A stretch of DNA of 62,204 bases, counting the filler, from Chiloscyllium plagiosum (lineage: Eukaryota): NCBI RefSeq assembly GCF_004010195.1. It is 3 parts of one record of this genome, joined end to end, with 100 filler letters (N's around TTAATTAATTAA, not from the genome) between each part and the next. Parts side by side here need not be neighbours in the genome. Positions count along the whole stretch, not along the records: positions 50,558 to 62,204 come from NC_057712.1; 2 more parts are not named here. The stretch is one strand, 5' to 3'. A program made the translations under genes and the position numbers. Positions 50,761 through 62,204 of the stretch are shown here, in pieces; the first letter of the stretch is position 1, and each line of letters opens with the position of its first letter. The notes beneath the pieces were generated by a model. That model was not told the DNA's origin and ran no database searches. It saw only the letters and a list, made by a program, of their open reading frames with translations.

Positions 50761-52784
50761 CCTAATCTTTTCTTCCTGTCTACCCTAACTTATGCCCCTC
50801 ATAATTTTATACATGTCAACAATGTCTTCTTTCAACCTCCTCTTCTCCGAGATAAACAATCCAGACTGTACAATCTGTCTTCATAATTGAAACCTTGCAA
50901 CATGCTGGTAAATCTCCTCTGCATTGTCTCTAATGCTATCACATCCCTCCTATAATGTGGATTCCAGAAATGCACATAATACTCGTTTAAATTCTTTCAT
51001 AATCCCTTTGAAGTCCTCCTCATAACTGACTATGCTTCCAAGTCCTGTATATTATCTGCAAACTTTGAAATTGTTCCTTGTATACCAAGGTCTAGATCAT
51101 TAAAATATAAATCAGGAAAAGCAAGGGTTTTACGGCATATTAAATCAATGGAAAAAATGATAGGGAACTTAGGAATGCCAAGAAATTAAACTTTCATATA
51201 TGAGCAATAAATTTGTTTTGTCTTATAATTGCCGATTCACAGGCATCCGATACAATTGGCTTGAACAACCACAGTTAATTTGGAAAGGGAAGAATTGAAA
51301 AATAGGAGGAAGTGGGAATCTTGCCCTGCAATCAGTTACTTTTTTTTTTGCTCATTTTGTTTGAAGTCTGTTAATAGCAAGGAGCAATAGTTATGAGCTT
51401 TACTTTTTAAAAGAATAATAACACAAGGGAAAATTCTAAACTAAATTTTAATATTACCACATGTCCACAACCCAATGATCTCAGCTAATAGGTCAAGCAC
51501 ATTACAAACAAAGGAACAACTGAGCTTTCGAAACATTTTGTTTTGATGCGTACATGTAGCTCCTGATACTTGGTTATAAAGTTATATCAATGAAGTTTTT
51601 GTCATCTCAGCTGGGAATAGTGTGTCTTATGTTCCTATGTCTTTGATAATCCATGCTAGTGGTTCTGATCTATGAATTCTCACTTTTCCATGATGAAACA
51701 TCTGAACTTTTTTCAATGTTGAATTTTTCCATCTTTTTGGTAGAGCTCTATTAAGTATCTTAGACAATTTTGTAACAAGTTCTTCTCAATAGAATTTGCT
51801 TGTCATATTTTTGGATTGGAGCAAAATGTTTTAATGCATAGGGCTATCAAGGCTGGCACATGAAGTATATTCAAGGCGAGAGTATACAGTTTTCTAAGCA
51901 TTAAGGGAATCAAAAGTTATGGGGATAAGGGAGAAAACTAGAGTTAAGGATTATCAGATCAGCCATGATCTCATTGAGTGGTGGAGTGGACATAATTGAT
52001 GGAATGGCTTCTGCTGTTTTGTCTCACGGTCTTAAATATATAAGTTTAAAATCACACTGATCACCATAAATGCAGTAGATATTTAGCCCACTTATATCTT
52101 CCACCTAAAGTATAAAGTACTCTAATAATGCACTCATTGCAATCAAGTCAATGACAAAGGATCACGTTATTGGTCATATTTGTTAAGGCCAGATTTTGAA
52201 ACAAGAGACGAGAAACACGGGTCAGGAAAATTCCCAAATTCACAGCCACGTCTCTGTGAAAGAGGCCCCCGCTGATATAATTTTGGTCCAGGCACACAAG
52301 CCCATCTGTAACCTCACAAGATCTTAACCTCATCCTCCTAGCCAGCCCTCATGCTCCCTCCAAGACCTCCTTCAGATACCCCAGAGCCCTTCCCCTATGC
52401 CTGCCACCCCTCCCTATGCATTCTTCACATCACTTTCAGTATCCACTAGGCACAGAACCAATGGAGCCAATGGTAAACAGCTTGAAACTAAATGCTGGTT
52501 CTGTAAATGCAGTCAGCCAGATGTTACCAATACCTAATATTCTGGCCCAGATCCTTGTGGACAGCACAGACTGAGAAAACCATAAAAGTGCTGAATTAAA
52601 ATTGGATATTGCATTTTTATGCATGGTTTACAGGGCACCTAATGCCTGCACCAGAAACAGTTTTTGTAGAAACATAGTCCCAATAAAATGACTGCTTTTC
52701 TATGATAAAAATCAATCCACCCAACGTGTTGCCATTCTCATATTAGAAGAGCAGAAATCCTTACACAGCAGGGGTATGCTGTCA

Positions 52785-53046
52785 TAGAACATAGAACATA
52801 GAAGATTACAGCACAGTACAGGCCCTTTGGCCCTCAATGTTGTGCCGACCTGTAAAACCAATCTGAAGGCCATCTAACCTACACTATTCCATCTGGATCC
52901 ATATGTTTATCCAAGACCATTTAAATGTCCTTAAAGTTGGTGAGTCTACTACTGTTGCAGGCAGGGCATTCCACGCCCCTACTACTCTCTGAGTAAAGAA
53001 ACTACCTCTGACATTGTCCTATATCTAACACCCCTCAATTTAAAGC
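52785..53046 (-). mobile_element. CR1 3' end
   Basis: (atagaac)n inverted tail; reverse complement similar to 45250-45510. Confidence 0.85.
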
Positions 53047-54321
53047 TGTTAAACAATGTATATTAGACAGCAACCTTTCGATTTCTATGTTTAATAGGGC
53101 ACAGCTGCTGGAAATTGCTGTCCAATTTAGACTCACCAACATTTCCGTTACAAAATCTAGCCCATTATATTTCAACACTTTCAGAAGGCTATTGGATCTT
53201 CTGAGGGGGATAACTCAATTTACACATTTTTTTGGCAAAGTGGAAAGTACATTCCATTTTAATTTAACTAAATGATAGGATCGTTATTTGCTAGAACAAA
53301 CTGAAGGAGGCCTAAAAAGATAAGGATCAGCACAATTAAAGGTGACATCCAGTGACATAGTGACAAAATGTTTTGTAGCATCACCCCTCTAGCATCCCTA
53401 TATTGCCAAGTTTCCAATCTCTAATGCCTTCATGGGACGATGCCAAATAAAGTTCAGGCTTTCCCTAAAGCATTGGCAACATGGACAGTTGCTCTTCTTT
53501 GCCCCATTTGCTGAGGCATAATGCTGTGGAATTCCCTCCCTAATACTTTCTGGCCCTCTATTTTCTCCTATAAGACAGATTACAACATTAACTTTTCACC
53601 AAGTGTTTGGTCAGCTCTGCTAATATAGCAGGTGGGACTAGATTGGTTTGGACCGAAGGGTCTGTTTCCGTGCTATACATCTCTATGACTCTATTTACAA
53701 TGTGACAGAAGTTAGTGAAATGCCAGCTGTTGGGGTTACCACTACCATCGAAGCAGAGCTACTAATAACCAGCTTTTCTGCACCACCGAGCAGTCTGTTC
53801 ATGGGGCAGGAACTGAGCACTGGCTATCTGCTTTCCTTGTCAGACACTCAGATGTGCAGATCAAGGAGAAGTTTTTTCATGAATTAAGCAAATTGTTTCA
53901 ACTGAGCAGATGACTGGTGAATCTTACATACCTCTCAGAAGGAGACCATGTCTTGCACCAAGTGTGTAGGCACAGAATCCTCGATACTGTAAAGTTGGTT
54001 GACAGTATGCTAGTCTGTCTTCTGGGAAGACCCACTCTCGGTTCTTGAAGTCTGATGGGTTAATTCTTTGCCCTGAGTACCAAACAATTCAAGGAACAAT
54101 TGGTGCTTTTGCTCATCCTTAGAGATACATAATTTAATAATCACCTCAATTACATCAATACAATCAGAACGTTTTTTTTCCCTCTTATTACTCCTGAACA
54201 TATACGATTGCCTGAGCAAAGGAGAATCACGTAGAAAGGATTGTACATCTAATAAGGGAGCCTGACTCAATTTTCCATTCATTAAATAATGACTGCACAG
54301 AAATATCAGGACACTACTATT

Positions 54322-54630
54322 GTTCATTCACAGGACATGGGTATCACTGGCCAAGGCAGCACTTATTATCTATTTATTGTTAAGAGTCAACCACTCTACT
54401 GTGGGTCTGGTGTGATAAGTAGACCAGACTCCTTCCTTAAAGGACATTAGTGAACCAGATGGGATTTTCCTGACAATCAACAATGGTTTATCGGTCATCC
54501 TTAGATTATGATTCCCGTTTTTTATTGAATTCAGATTCCACCATATGCCGTGGTGGGATTCAAACCCAGGCCCCCTGAACATTATCTGGGTGACTGGATT
54601 AATGCCTAGCCACTGGGCCATTGCCTCCTC
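54322..54630 (-). mobile_element. tRNA-derived SINE sharing its tail with the second CR1/L2-type family
   Basis: Reverse-complement head ggaggcaatggcccagtgg...gggtttgaatccc and tail ggccagtgatacccatgtcctgtgaatg. Confidence 0.65.
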
Positions 54631-56018
54631 CTCTATCATTATCCATGTCTCTAATTCACTGTGCCTGAGCAATATAATGCTCCTGGATGCAGGAAAAATA
54701 AAACCTGATGACAACAGTTTTGGTTGATCTCCCACTGTACCTCCCCTGGTGTTGCTCCTGGACATTGACAGGGCCGTGGAGCAGCTGAGAAAGAGATGAC
54801 CACAAAGGGCCAAGACGTCCAACAGTTGTGTAGGTGTTTTCTGGAGAGGGACACCAGTTGAAGTGGGATTGATATTGGATTTGTTTCTCATCCTCTGAGA
54901 ATACAGAATACAAAACCTGGAGCATTGGAAGGCCGAGATCTCCCCATACAGGCCTGAGAGGGGAAGCTCAGGACACTAAAAATGCCGGCACAGAAATAAA
55001 ATTACTGTTAATTGGCAAATTTAACACATCTAGTATTTAAATTTAAAATTGATGAAATTTAAGCACCCTGAATGCAGAAAGAATAAAATCTGATGATCAA
55101 ATTATGTATGACAGTCATTGAAGAAAGGGAATCAAATTGAATCTGTTTTTTTAAATTGTGCATGATCATTACTAGTTTGATAAATATATTCCTCCGTGAA
55201 TTAGTTGTGAGTAATTATCATTTTCAGACTGATGAAGGATAATATTTGTAAACCGTGACAGTTAATTTTTATATTGGAGATGTTAACATGGTTGCTAAAT
55301 TGGGCATGATACCTACTAAGGATTAAACTTGATTGTTAAACTTGGCTGGAAAACAAATTATTTGAGGGAAAAACTTTTTTGTGATAATTATGAGATTGGA
55401 CATGATTAAAACCAAAGGGAAAATAAAGTTACTGTTAACTGTGAGCTGGCACATAATGAAAGGTGCAGGCATGAGGGTGGGACATAGAGAATTGAAGAAA
55501 GCCAAGTATTTTTTAATGTTTATAATTTTCACATCAATTATCTCCACCAATTGACAAGATACAATTCCAAAGATACCTGGTATTTTCTGGTACCTAAATG
55601 GCCTTTCTTCAGATGTAAACCCAGAGAATGAGAGTTGGTAGCCGAATTGATTGTGGCAGGATTTTCAGAACAAAGCCTTAATTAGGCATCACCTATATTC
55701 ACATGCAAGTATTTTCTTGGAAATGTGAGTGAATTAACAATCAGAATGAGCTCATTACAGCATCCCTTCTACAGTTTTACACTTGATTAGCTAATTCAGC
55801 AAAGACTGGAGCTTAACACTTGAGGGAAAGGAATGTGTTTTACACCAGCACCTAGAATGCCTCACACCATCAGGTAGATCTTGGTGTGTTCACCAGAATT
55901 CTGGTATTAACTCCTTAGGAACAGTTTTTCAAAATTGTTAATCCAGTGGGGAGTACTGCCAAAAGCTGTGATTGTGCGTTCCTGGATTTATCCATCCATA
56001 ATGCCCTGATGGTGTTAT

Positions 56019-56337
56019 GGGCACGGTGGCTCAGTGGTTAGCACTGCTGTCTCACAGTACCAAGGTTCCAGGGTCAATTCCAGCCTTGGGTGATTGTCTG
56101 TGTGGAGTTTGCACATTCTCCCCGTGTCTGCGTGGGTTTCCTCCGGGTGCTCCGGTTTCCTCCCACAGTCCAAAGATGTGCAGGTTAGGTGAATTGGTTA
56201 TGCTAAATTGCCCCATAGTATTAGGTGCATTAGTCAGAGGGAAATGGGTCTGGGTCGGTTACTCTTCCGAGGGTCGGTGTGGACTGGTTGGGCCAAAGGG
56301 CCTGTTTCTGCACTGTAAGGAATCTAATCTAATCTAA
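56019..56337 (+). mobile_element. Full-length HE1-type V-SINE
   Basis: A-box TGGCTCAGTGG at 56027-56037, B-box-like GGGTCAATTCC at 56071-56081, V-domain, HER1-like tail and (aatct)n. Confidence 0.92.
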
Positions 56338-59214
56338 TGATAAATGCAGCTGACTAGCGAGGCTCCCTAATAGCAGTATACACTTGTACAACATTAAAAT
56401 AAAAATTAATCTTATAGGCTGATAGATGTACAACCTCAATCTTCCCTCTACTTACCATCACACTCCTCACTCCCCAACCTCTACCCTCATCCTCATCCTT
56501 TCGAATTGATTTGGGATACCTTTTGTCTAATTTGTAATGTTGCATGTAATGTTACTGCACGATGGGAGGGGGGGAAATAGCTATTGTGTTCCACATTGAA
56601 CTTGTTTTGGGAGTCAGTGTTTAAAAGAGAAACAATTACATTTGGATTTATATTAGAGTTAACAATATAATGTTTTAGACTTTTATGACCTCAACACTAT
56701 TGACTGAATGTGTGAGGATATATCTCACTACCCCCCATTTATACACTATTCATTGTGAATTTATAATATACACACACTCTGTATAATCTTTACTACCTAC
56801 TTTCTAATTTCAGTAATAATAGTTTGTGATCTTCTGTATTAGCTCCATATAGTTCTACGCTTCCTTCATAACGAGTAAAGTTTGCTGAGTTACCTCACCC
56901 ATAAAAATACTGATTGTGGGATTTGGGTTTAAATTGTAACCAAAAATCTACACCGCGCTCAAATTCCAACTGTGCCTTTCTGAAAACCAAAGCATCACAC
57001 CAGTGTTTCAAATTTGTAATTTTGTTTCAAACTTCTGTCCCTGCTGGGCATACCTGATACTTCACTTAACCTCTGCTCATCCGTTTTCACAACCACTCCT
57101 TCCAGTAAGGGCCCAATGACCCCATCTGGAAACAGCTGTGAGTGAGTTGCTAAGTATGGATCCAAGTTGGTTACTAAGTTGCTGAAGACACTGAGCAGTA
57201 CCAACTCATCTTGGAAAGAGGTCCACAGGTTGGAGAGAGCAATAAAATGAGGCTGTAACATAGGTAAAACAAAATTTACAATAGGTTTAATATAAATTTG
57301 AAGAATTTTGCAATCTTATAGATTATGTTTTAAATGTATACAATTTGCCTGGAATGTGTAGAATTTGCCTGGATAGCACCCAGAACAATACTTTTCCACT
57401 GTATTTTGGTGCATGTGACAATAATAAATCATTGGTGTTAGTGCTATTGTTAAAAGCTTCATCTGGTTTATAATAATCCTCTTTCTGCTATTTTAATGGA
57501 GGCATTACTGGTTTATCTTGATTTGTAAAGTAGAATACATTGGGCTGGAAATAACCAAAAAGAAGTCAATCAGGCGTCTTGGCCTGATGCCAAAGTGAGT
57601 GTCGGTGTAGAATGTGCTGATGTGATCATTTCTAAATTAAAGCTTATTTGGTGCCATTGGCATTTTCCCAATTTGTCACATTTGGGCATGCTGGATTTCT
57701 AAGAACATTAGCAAGGTAACAATCTTCCTTCCACCCAGCTTTGCCATTTTCAACGGTGTATATGATAAGGAAAGGGTGAGGCCTTTTCCACTCTTTGTCA
57801 GAGGCATCGACGGGAAGGAACTGACTTTCTGAGCATGTGAGGCTGTGGCGGTAACACATGTGGCTCCTCATGGCGATTGGTGGCAGCAGTGGAGGCAGCA
57901 AAGGGGATTGGATGGAGCATGCCGCAGGAGGGGGCTCACTGAGACTCCAGGCCAGTGCTAGGCCCAGTGAGATAAGACTTTGAGATCTGGACGTTTTCCT
58001 TTTCATTTGGCTCTGTTTCTTTTATTTCTTCCCCTGCTTTATTTTTAGAAATTCTGGCTTTGCATTTTAAGATGTGGCCAGAAAATGTCAACTTTGTAAA
58101 CTTCTCACTGCACTCCTGTGTTTCTGTACTTGAGTACCTGTGGCAATAACATCTAATGCTAATTCTATTAACATTTTCCTGTCTCTCTCACCATTCTGTA
58201 CCATGGCCAGGAGTGAAAAAATTATGATAACAAACTATCATTCTCTTTTTCACATGATTCTTTTCTTCCTTTGTTCCACAAGTTTAAAAATGGGAGAAAC
58301 AAATTTCATAAACACTCACATAGACTTGGGCGGTGGGTACAGCTGCCTTTGATTTGACTATATCATTCAGCTCCAATATTTGTCTCTCTAACTGACGCTC
58401 CAGCATTTCTACCTGTTTAGCGCATGTGACAATTTCAGTCTGTGGAGGAAACAAGCACCACATAAAATTATTAAAAGTCAGAAGGGTCTATACAACTGTA
58501 CGGTACTTCTAATCATACACCAAACCAGCAAAATCTTTGGATATATGAAAGGGAAGGGGGAGATATTAGGTTTTGGGCAGTGGGTAGGGAACAATGTCCA
58601 GCTGAAAGGCTTGCTGTGATGTTCATGCCATATTCATAACCCGACATTACACCACATTAATTCAGAAAGCTGACAGTGCAAAACATGCCCCTGTTGCCAG
58701 TTTGGTATTTCAGAGAGTACAAAACCCAGCATATTAGCTAGTATTGAAGGGCAGGCTAAGGCAGTCTGAAAAGGAGAAAATTAAAGCGTTTCAAATGAAA
58801 AAAAAAATCAGCTTTATGAAAAGAGCAAAATTATTGCTGTGCTTACATAGATAAAGCTGGACATGTAAACAGTTGATCTGCCTACTTTTCCCCGACGACA
58901 CGCAAGATTCCTTCTAAATGTTCAAATACTGGTCTAATGTCTGTAACGGGTGGAACCTGATTAAATGTTTGAAGATGGAAAAAGTGCCAAATGCATTGGG
59001 GTAGCAGCCATGATGTAATTTGATGATAAGGGCCATATTTATCACTGACGGCTTGGATACAGAAAAGGATAGAAAGTGTAATTGGGTTGTTTTAGTCAGG
59101 GTTAAGCATTATCACCTGTGAGCCAGGTCTTTATCAAAGTCATAATGTAACTGGAATCAAACAGATGATTGTAGATGTCTTGGCAAGTGGACTGACCAGG
59201 GGTGCGTATCTAAG

Positions 59215-59500
59215 ACTTTTTCTTGGAGAGCGATGCAGTGCTTTTTGTTGAGGTTCATTTCGAGAAGCTCCGTGATCCAGTACTCTGTGCTCAACAGGTT
59301 GTTCCCTTGGAATCACATTAAGACAAACATCAATTGCACCTCAAGGACCATCAACTCATTGAAAGATGGTCTGTCTTCCAGTTTCCAGGAGCTGTTCTTG
59401 ATCAAGTGTTGCAGGCTGCCATATTTCAAGATTCAGAATTATATGCTGAGGGACTAAAGCTGGAGTGATCATTACCAAGAGGTAGTAGGGAAACGCCACA
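59215..59500 (+). mobile_element. Degenerate Tx1/L1-clade LINE 3' fragment
   Basis: Resembles recalled elasmobranch Tx1 C-terminal sequence (gacaaacatcaa.tgc...ggaccatcaactc..tgaaaga...gtgttgcag...atgctgagggac). Confidence 0.5.
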
Positions 59501-59564
59501 ATCTGAGCTCTTTCTGCCAAGATATTCCTGAGACTCTGTTTCTTTTGAGAATCCCTCAAAGCTT

Positions 59565-60620
59565 CTGTGGGAAAGGCCGTTGACAAGGTTCCACATGGGG
59601 AAGGTAAGGAAGGTAAAAGCTCATGGGATCCAGGATAACTTGGCTAGAAGAATCCAGAACTAGGATAGTATTAGGACATAGAGGGTGGTGATAAAAGCTG
59701 TTTCTGTGACTGAGCCCTCTGCGCAGTGCCGTACAATAGGGATCAGTGCTCGGTCCATTGTAGATGATAAGTAAGTTTGGGATGACACAAAGATTGGCTG
59801 GATGGTTGACAGCAAGAAGGAAGGTGTTAGGTTATGGGAGGATATAGATGGATTAGTCAGATGGAATTTAACCCTGATGCACCTTGGAAGGAGAAATGAG
59901 ACAAGGGAATACTCAATGGATGGCAGGACTCTAGGAAGCCTAAAGGAACAGAGGGATCTTGGGTGCTAGTTAACAGATCTTGGAAGGTGGCAGGACAGCT
60001 TAATAAAACAGCTAAGAAGGCATACGGGACAGTTGTGGCATAGATTATGTGGGCAGGGACGTCATGTTGGAGCTGTGTAGAAGTCTAGTTAGGTCACAAC
60101 TGGAGTAATGGCTGTGGTTCTGGTCACACAGTAAAGGCTGGAGGGGGTGCAGAGGAAATTCACTGGGATGCTGCTTGGGATGGAGCATTTCAACAGTGAA
60201 GAGAGGTAGGATGAGCTCAGGCTGTTTTCTTTGGAGCAGAGAAGGTTGGGGGGAGCTGATTGAGGTGTAGAAGGTTATGAAATGTACAGACAGGGTGAAT
60301 AAAAGGACTGAAGGGTCATGAACAAGGAAGCATAATTTTAATTGGAAAGGCAGGAGTTTCAGAGGGGAGTTAAGGACAATAAGGAAAACGCTTTTCACCC
60401 AGACTTGGGTTGGGAGCCGGGGTGTTTGGAATGCATTGCCTTGGATGGATGTTGAGATAGAAAACTTCATAATCTTTTAGAAATATTTGGATTAGTACTT
60501 GACATTCAAGACTATGGGCCATGTGCTGGAAAGTGGAACTAGTCCAGGTAGTTTTTTGGTTCAGACTCAATGGATCGAAAGACCTTTTTGGAACTGTATG
60601 ACTCACTGATCTATGATCTA
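59565..60620 (+). mobile_element. Old CR1 RT to tail
   Basis: aaggccgttgacaaggttccacatg, gggatcagtgct and gatgacacaaagattgg, followed by a CR1 tail. Confidence 0.8.
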
Positions 60621-60894
60621 TAAAAAGCCTTTTGCCATTTGGGGGAAAGTATATGAAGATCTCTGTCCGAGGGTGGGTGGCGACCTTTATTAAGAAGGCA
60701 GAAGTAAAAAGAATCAAATGTCTCTCATCGAGGAGAGAAAAAAAAATCAACATTTCCCCACTGACTTAATTGGACATGAAAGGAAAGATCCTGAATACAG
60801 GACAATCAGCAAAATTGACAATTTCTTTTGCTTAGAGACAAGGAGAAAGCTAGAAAAGGTGGGGAATGGCATAACAGAGCAATTACATATGTTT

Positions 60895-61079
60895 TAGATT
60901 AGATTAGATTAGATTAGATTACTTACAGTGTGGAAACAGCCGGAGCACCAGGAGGAAACCCACGCAGACACGGGGAGAACGTGCAAACTCCACACAGTCA
61001 GTCGCCTGAGGCGGGAATTGAACCCAGGTCCCTGGCGCTGTGAGGCAGCAGTGCTAACCACTGTGCCACCGTGCCGCCC
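60895..61079 (-). mobile_element. HE1-type V-SINE with an internal deletion
   Basis: (tagat)n tail joined to the head through a GGAAAC microhomology; intact tRNA-like head. Confidence 0.9.
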
Positions 61080-61362
61080 ACAATTTACAATTTATCTTAA
61101 TTTTGATTTAAGTTCTACATTATCATCTTCATTTCCTTTGGAGAATCTCAATAGTGCAAGAGTGGAAATCCACCCGCCTCTTCAAAGGTAGTTCATTATA
61201 GATTCTGGGTTTCTCCTGGGAGATCCCCAACCTTTTTCCAGGTTCAAGAAAAGATACTTCAGAGAGAGATTCAACTCCAAAGGGAGACTGTGAAGGCATG
61301 CTGCCTTTCAAAACACTTTGAGAATGCTGTTGAAGCTTATACAGGTGAATGAAAGCAATTTA

Positions 61363-61545
61363 ATAGACAATACGTGCAGGAGTAGGCCATTCTGCCCTTC
61401 GAGCCTGCACCACCATTCATTATGATCATGGCTGATCATCCTCAATCAGTATCCTGTTCCTGCCTTATCTCCATAACCCTTGATTCCACTATCCTTGAGA
61501 GCTCTACCCAACTCTTTCTTAAACGAATCCAGAGACTGGGCCTCT
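61363..61545 (-). mobile_element. CR1 3' tail
   Basis: gcaggagtaggccattctgcccttcgagcctgcaccaccattc. Confidence 0.8.
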
Positions 61546-62204
61546 GATGCCAACTTTCCAAGGCCCCCTGGGATTCGGGATGGGACGCACTTGATTCAAA
61601 CTGCTGTATGCAGAAGCTATCCATGACGTCTTTAAACAGCTGCGCGGTAAAATGAGACCCTTGGTCTGACTGAATCACACTGCATAGCCCACAGCAAGTA
61701 AAGAAAGCTACCAACTCCTCTCCCTCCATTTTTGCCCTTTAGACCCCATAATGGAATTAACCATGGAAATCGGGTAGACACATCCATTACGATCAGCAGA
61801 TATTGGTTTCCACTTTTATTTTGGAAAGGGGAGCTCCACAACTAATCATAACCCACGTGAAAGGTTCTTCGAATACAGGAATTGGCAACAACGATGCTGG
61901 TTTTATTATTGCCTGTGACTTACCTACCATTTGGAATGCATAGCATGTACAACAAACATTAACCACGCCCTTGTGCATTCCAGCCACGAGAAATGCTTTA
62001 GCCTGAGTCTTCCGTGCATCAACTCCTTTGGCTTTTTCTTTCGGTTTTCCTTCCTGTTGTAACTTATGACAGTGGGATCTTGTTACTACACAGTCTGGAA
62101 AAATCCCTGGGTATTTTTCTTTTAATTGCCCAGTTCCCTGGTCTTACGTTGGCTTCTCCACTATAATGGGGACCTCTCCTACCTTGGATCCTGCTAAATC
62201 ATTC
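61546..62204 (-). mobile_element. Gmr1-like Gypsy remnant: post-protease region followed by integrase
   Basis: Reverse complement gives NDLAGSKV...FPDCVVTRS, then C..C..Q.VGK, PIPVFEEPF, GNQYLLIVMDVSTRFP, IQSDQGSHFT and HPESQGALE. Confidence 0.85.

Noticed and set aside
54370..54925. 173-aa minus-strand ORF and overlapping ORFs
   Set aside because: Half lies in a SINE and the rest has no recognisable domain; treated as chance ORFs.
56019..56090. tRNA-like A and B boxes
   Set aside because: Head of an HE1-type SINE, not a tRNA gene.
59010..59050. TGATGA...CTGA with a TGATAA/TTATCA inverted pair, possible C/D snoRNA
   Set aside because: The boxes are only about 25 nt apart, too short for a snoRNA, and there is no terminal stem.

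Overview
Eukaryotic, repeat-rich vertebrate intronic DNA. The HE1-type V-SINEs, HER1/CR1 LINEs and DeuSINE-like elements point to a cartilaginous fish, most likely a shark (inference from repeat families). I found one host exon: a 165-bp phase 0-0 internal coding exon of RNGTT (mRNA capping enzyme, guanylyltransferase domain) at 10902-11066 (+). I could not find the neighbouring RNGTT exons, so the rest is probably RNGTT intron. It is filled with CR1/HER1, Rex1/Babar and Tx1-like LINE fragments, Gmr1-like Gypsy remnants and solo LTRs, SINEs, and several Penelope-like element (PLE) families, often nested. The most notable signal is a set of minimal type I hammerhead ribozyme motifs in PLE termini and PLE-derived fold-back insertions. 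One of these has a compensatory U3:A8 catalytic core. Two 100-bp assembly spacers (44 N + TTAATTAATTAA + 44 N) are present. Repeat family names and most repeat boundaries were assigned by eye and are approximate.
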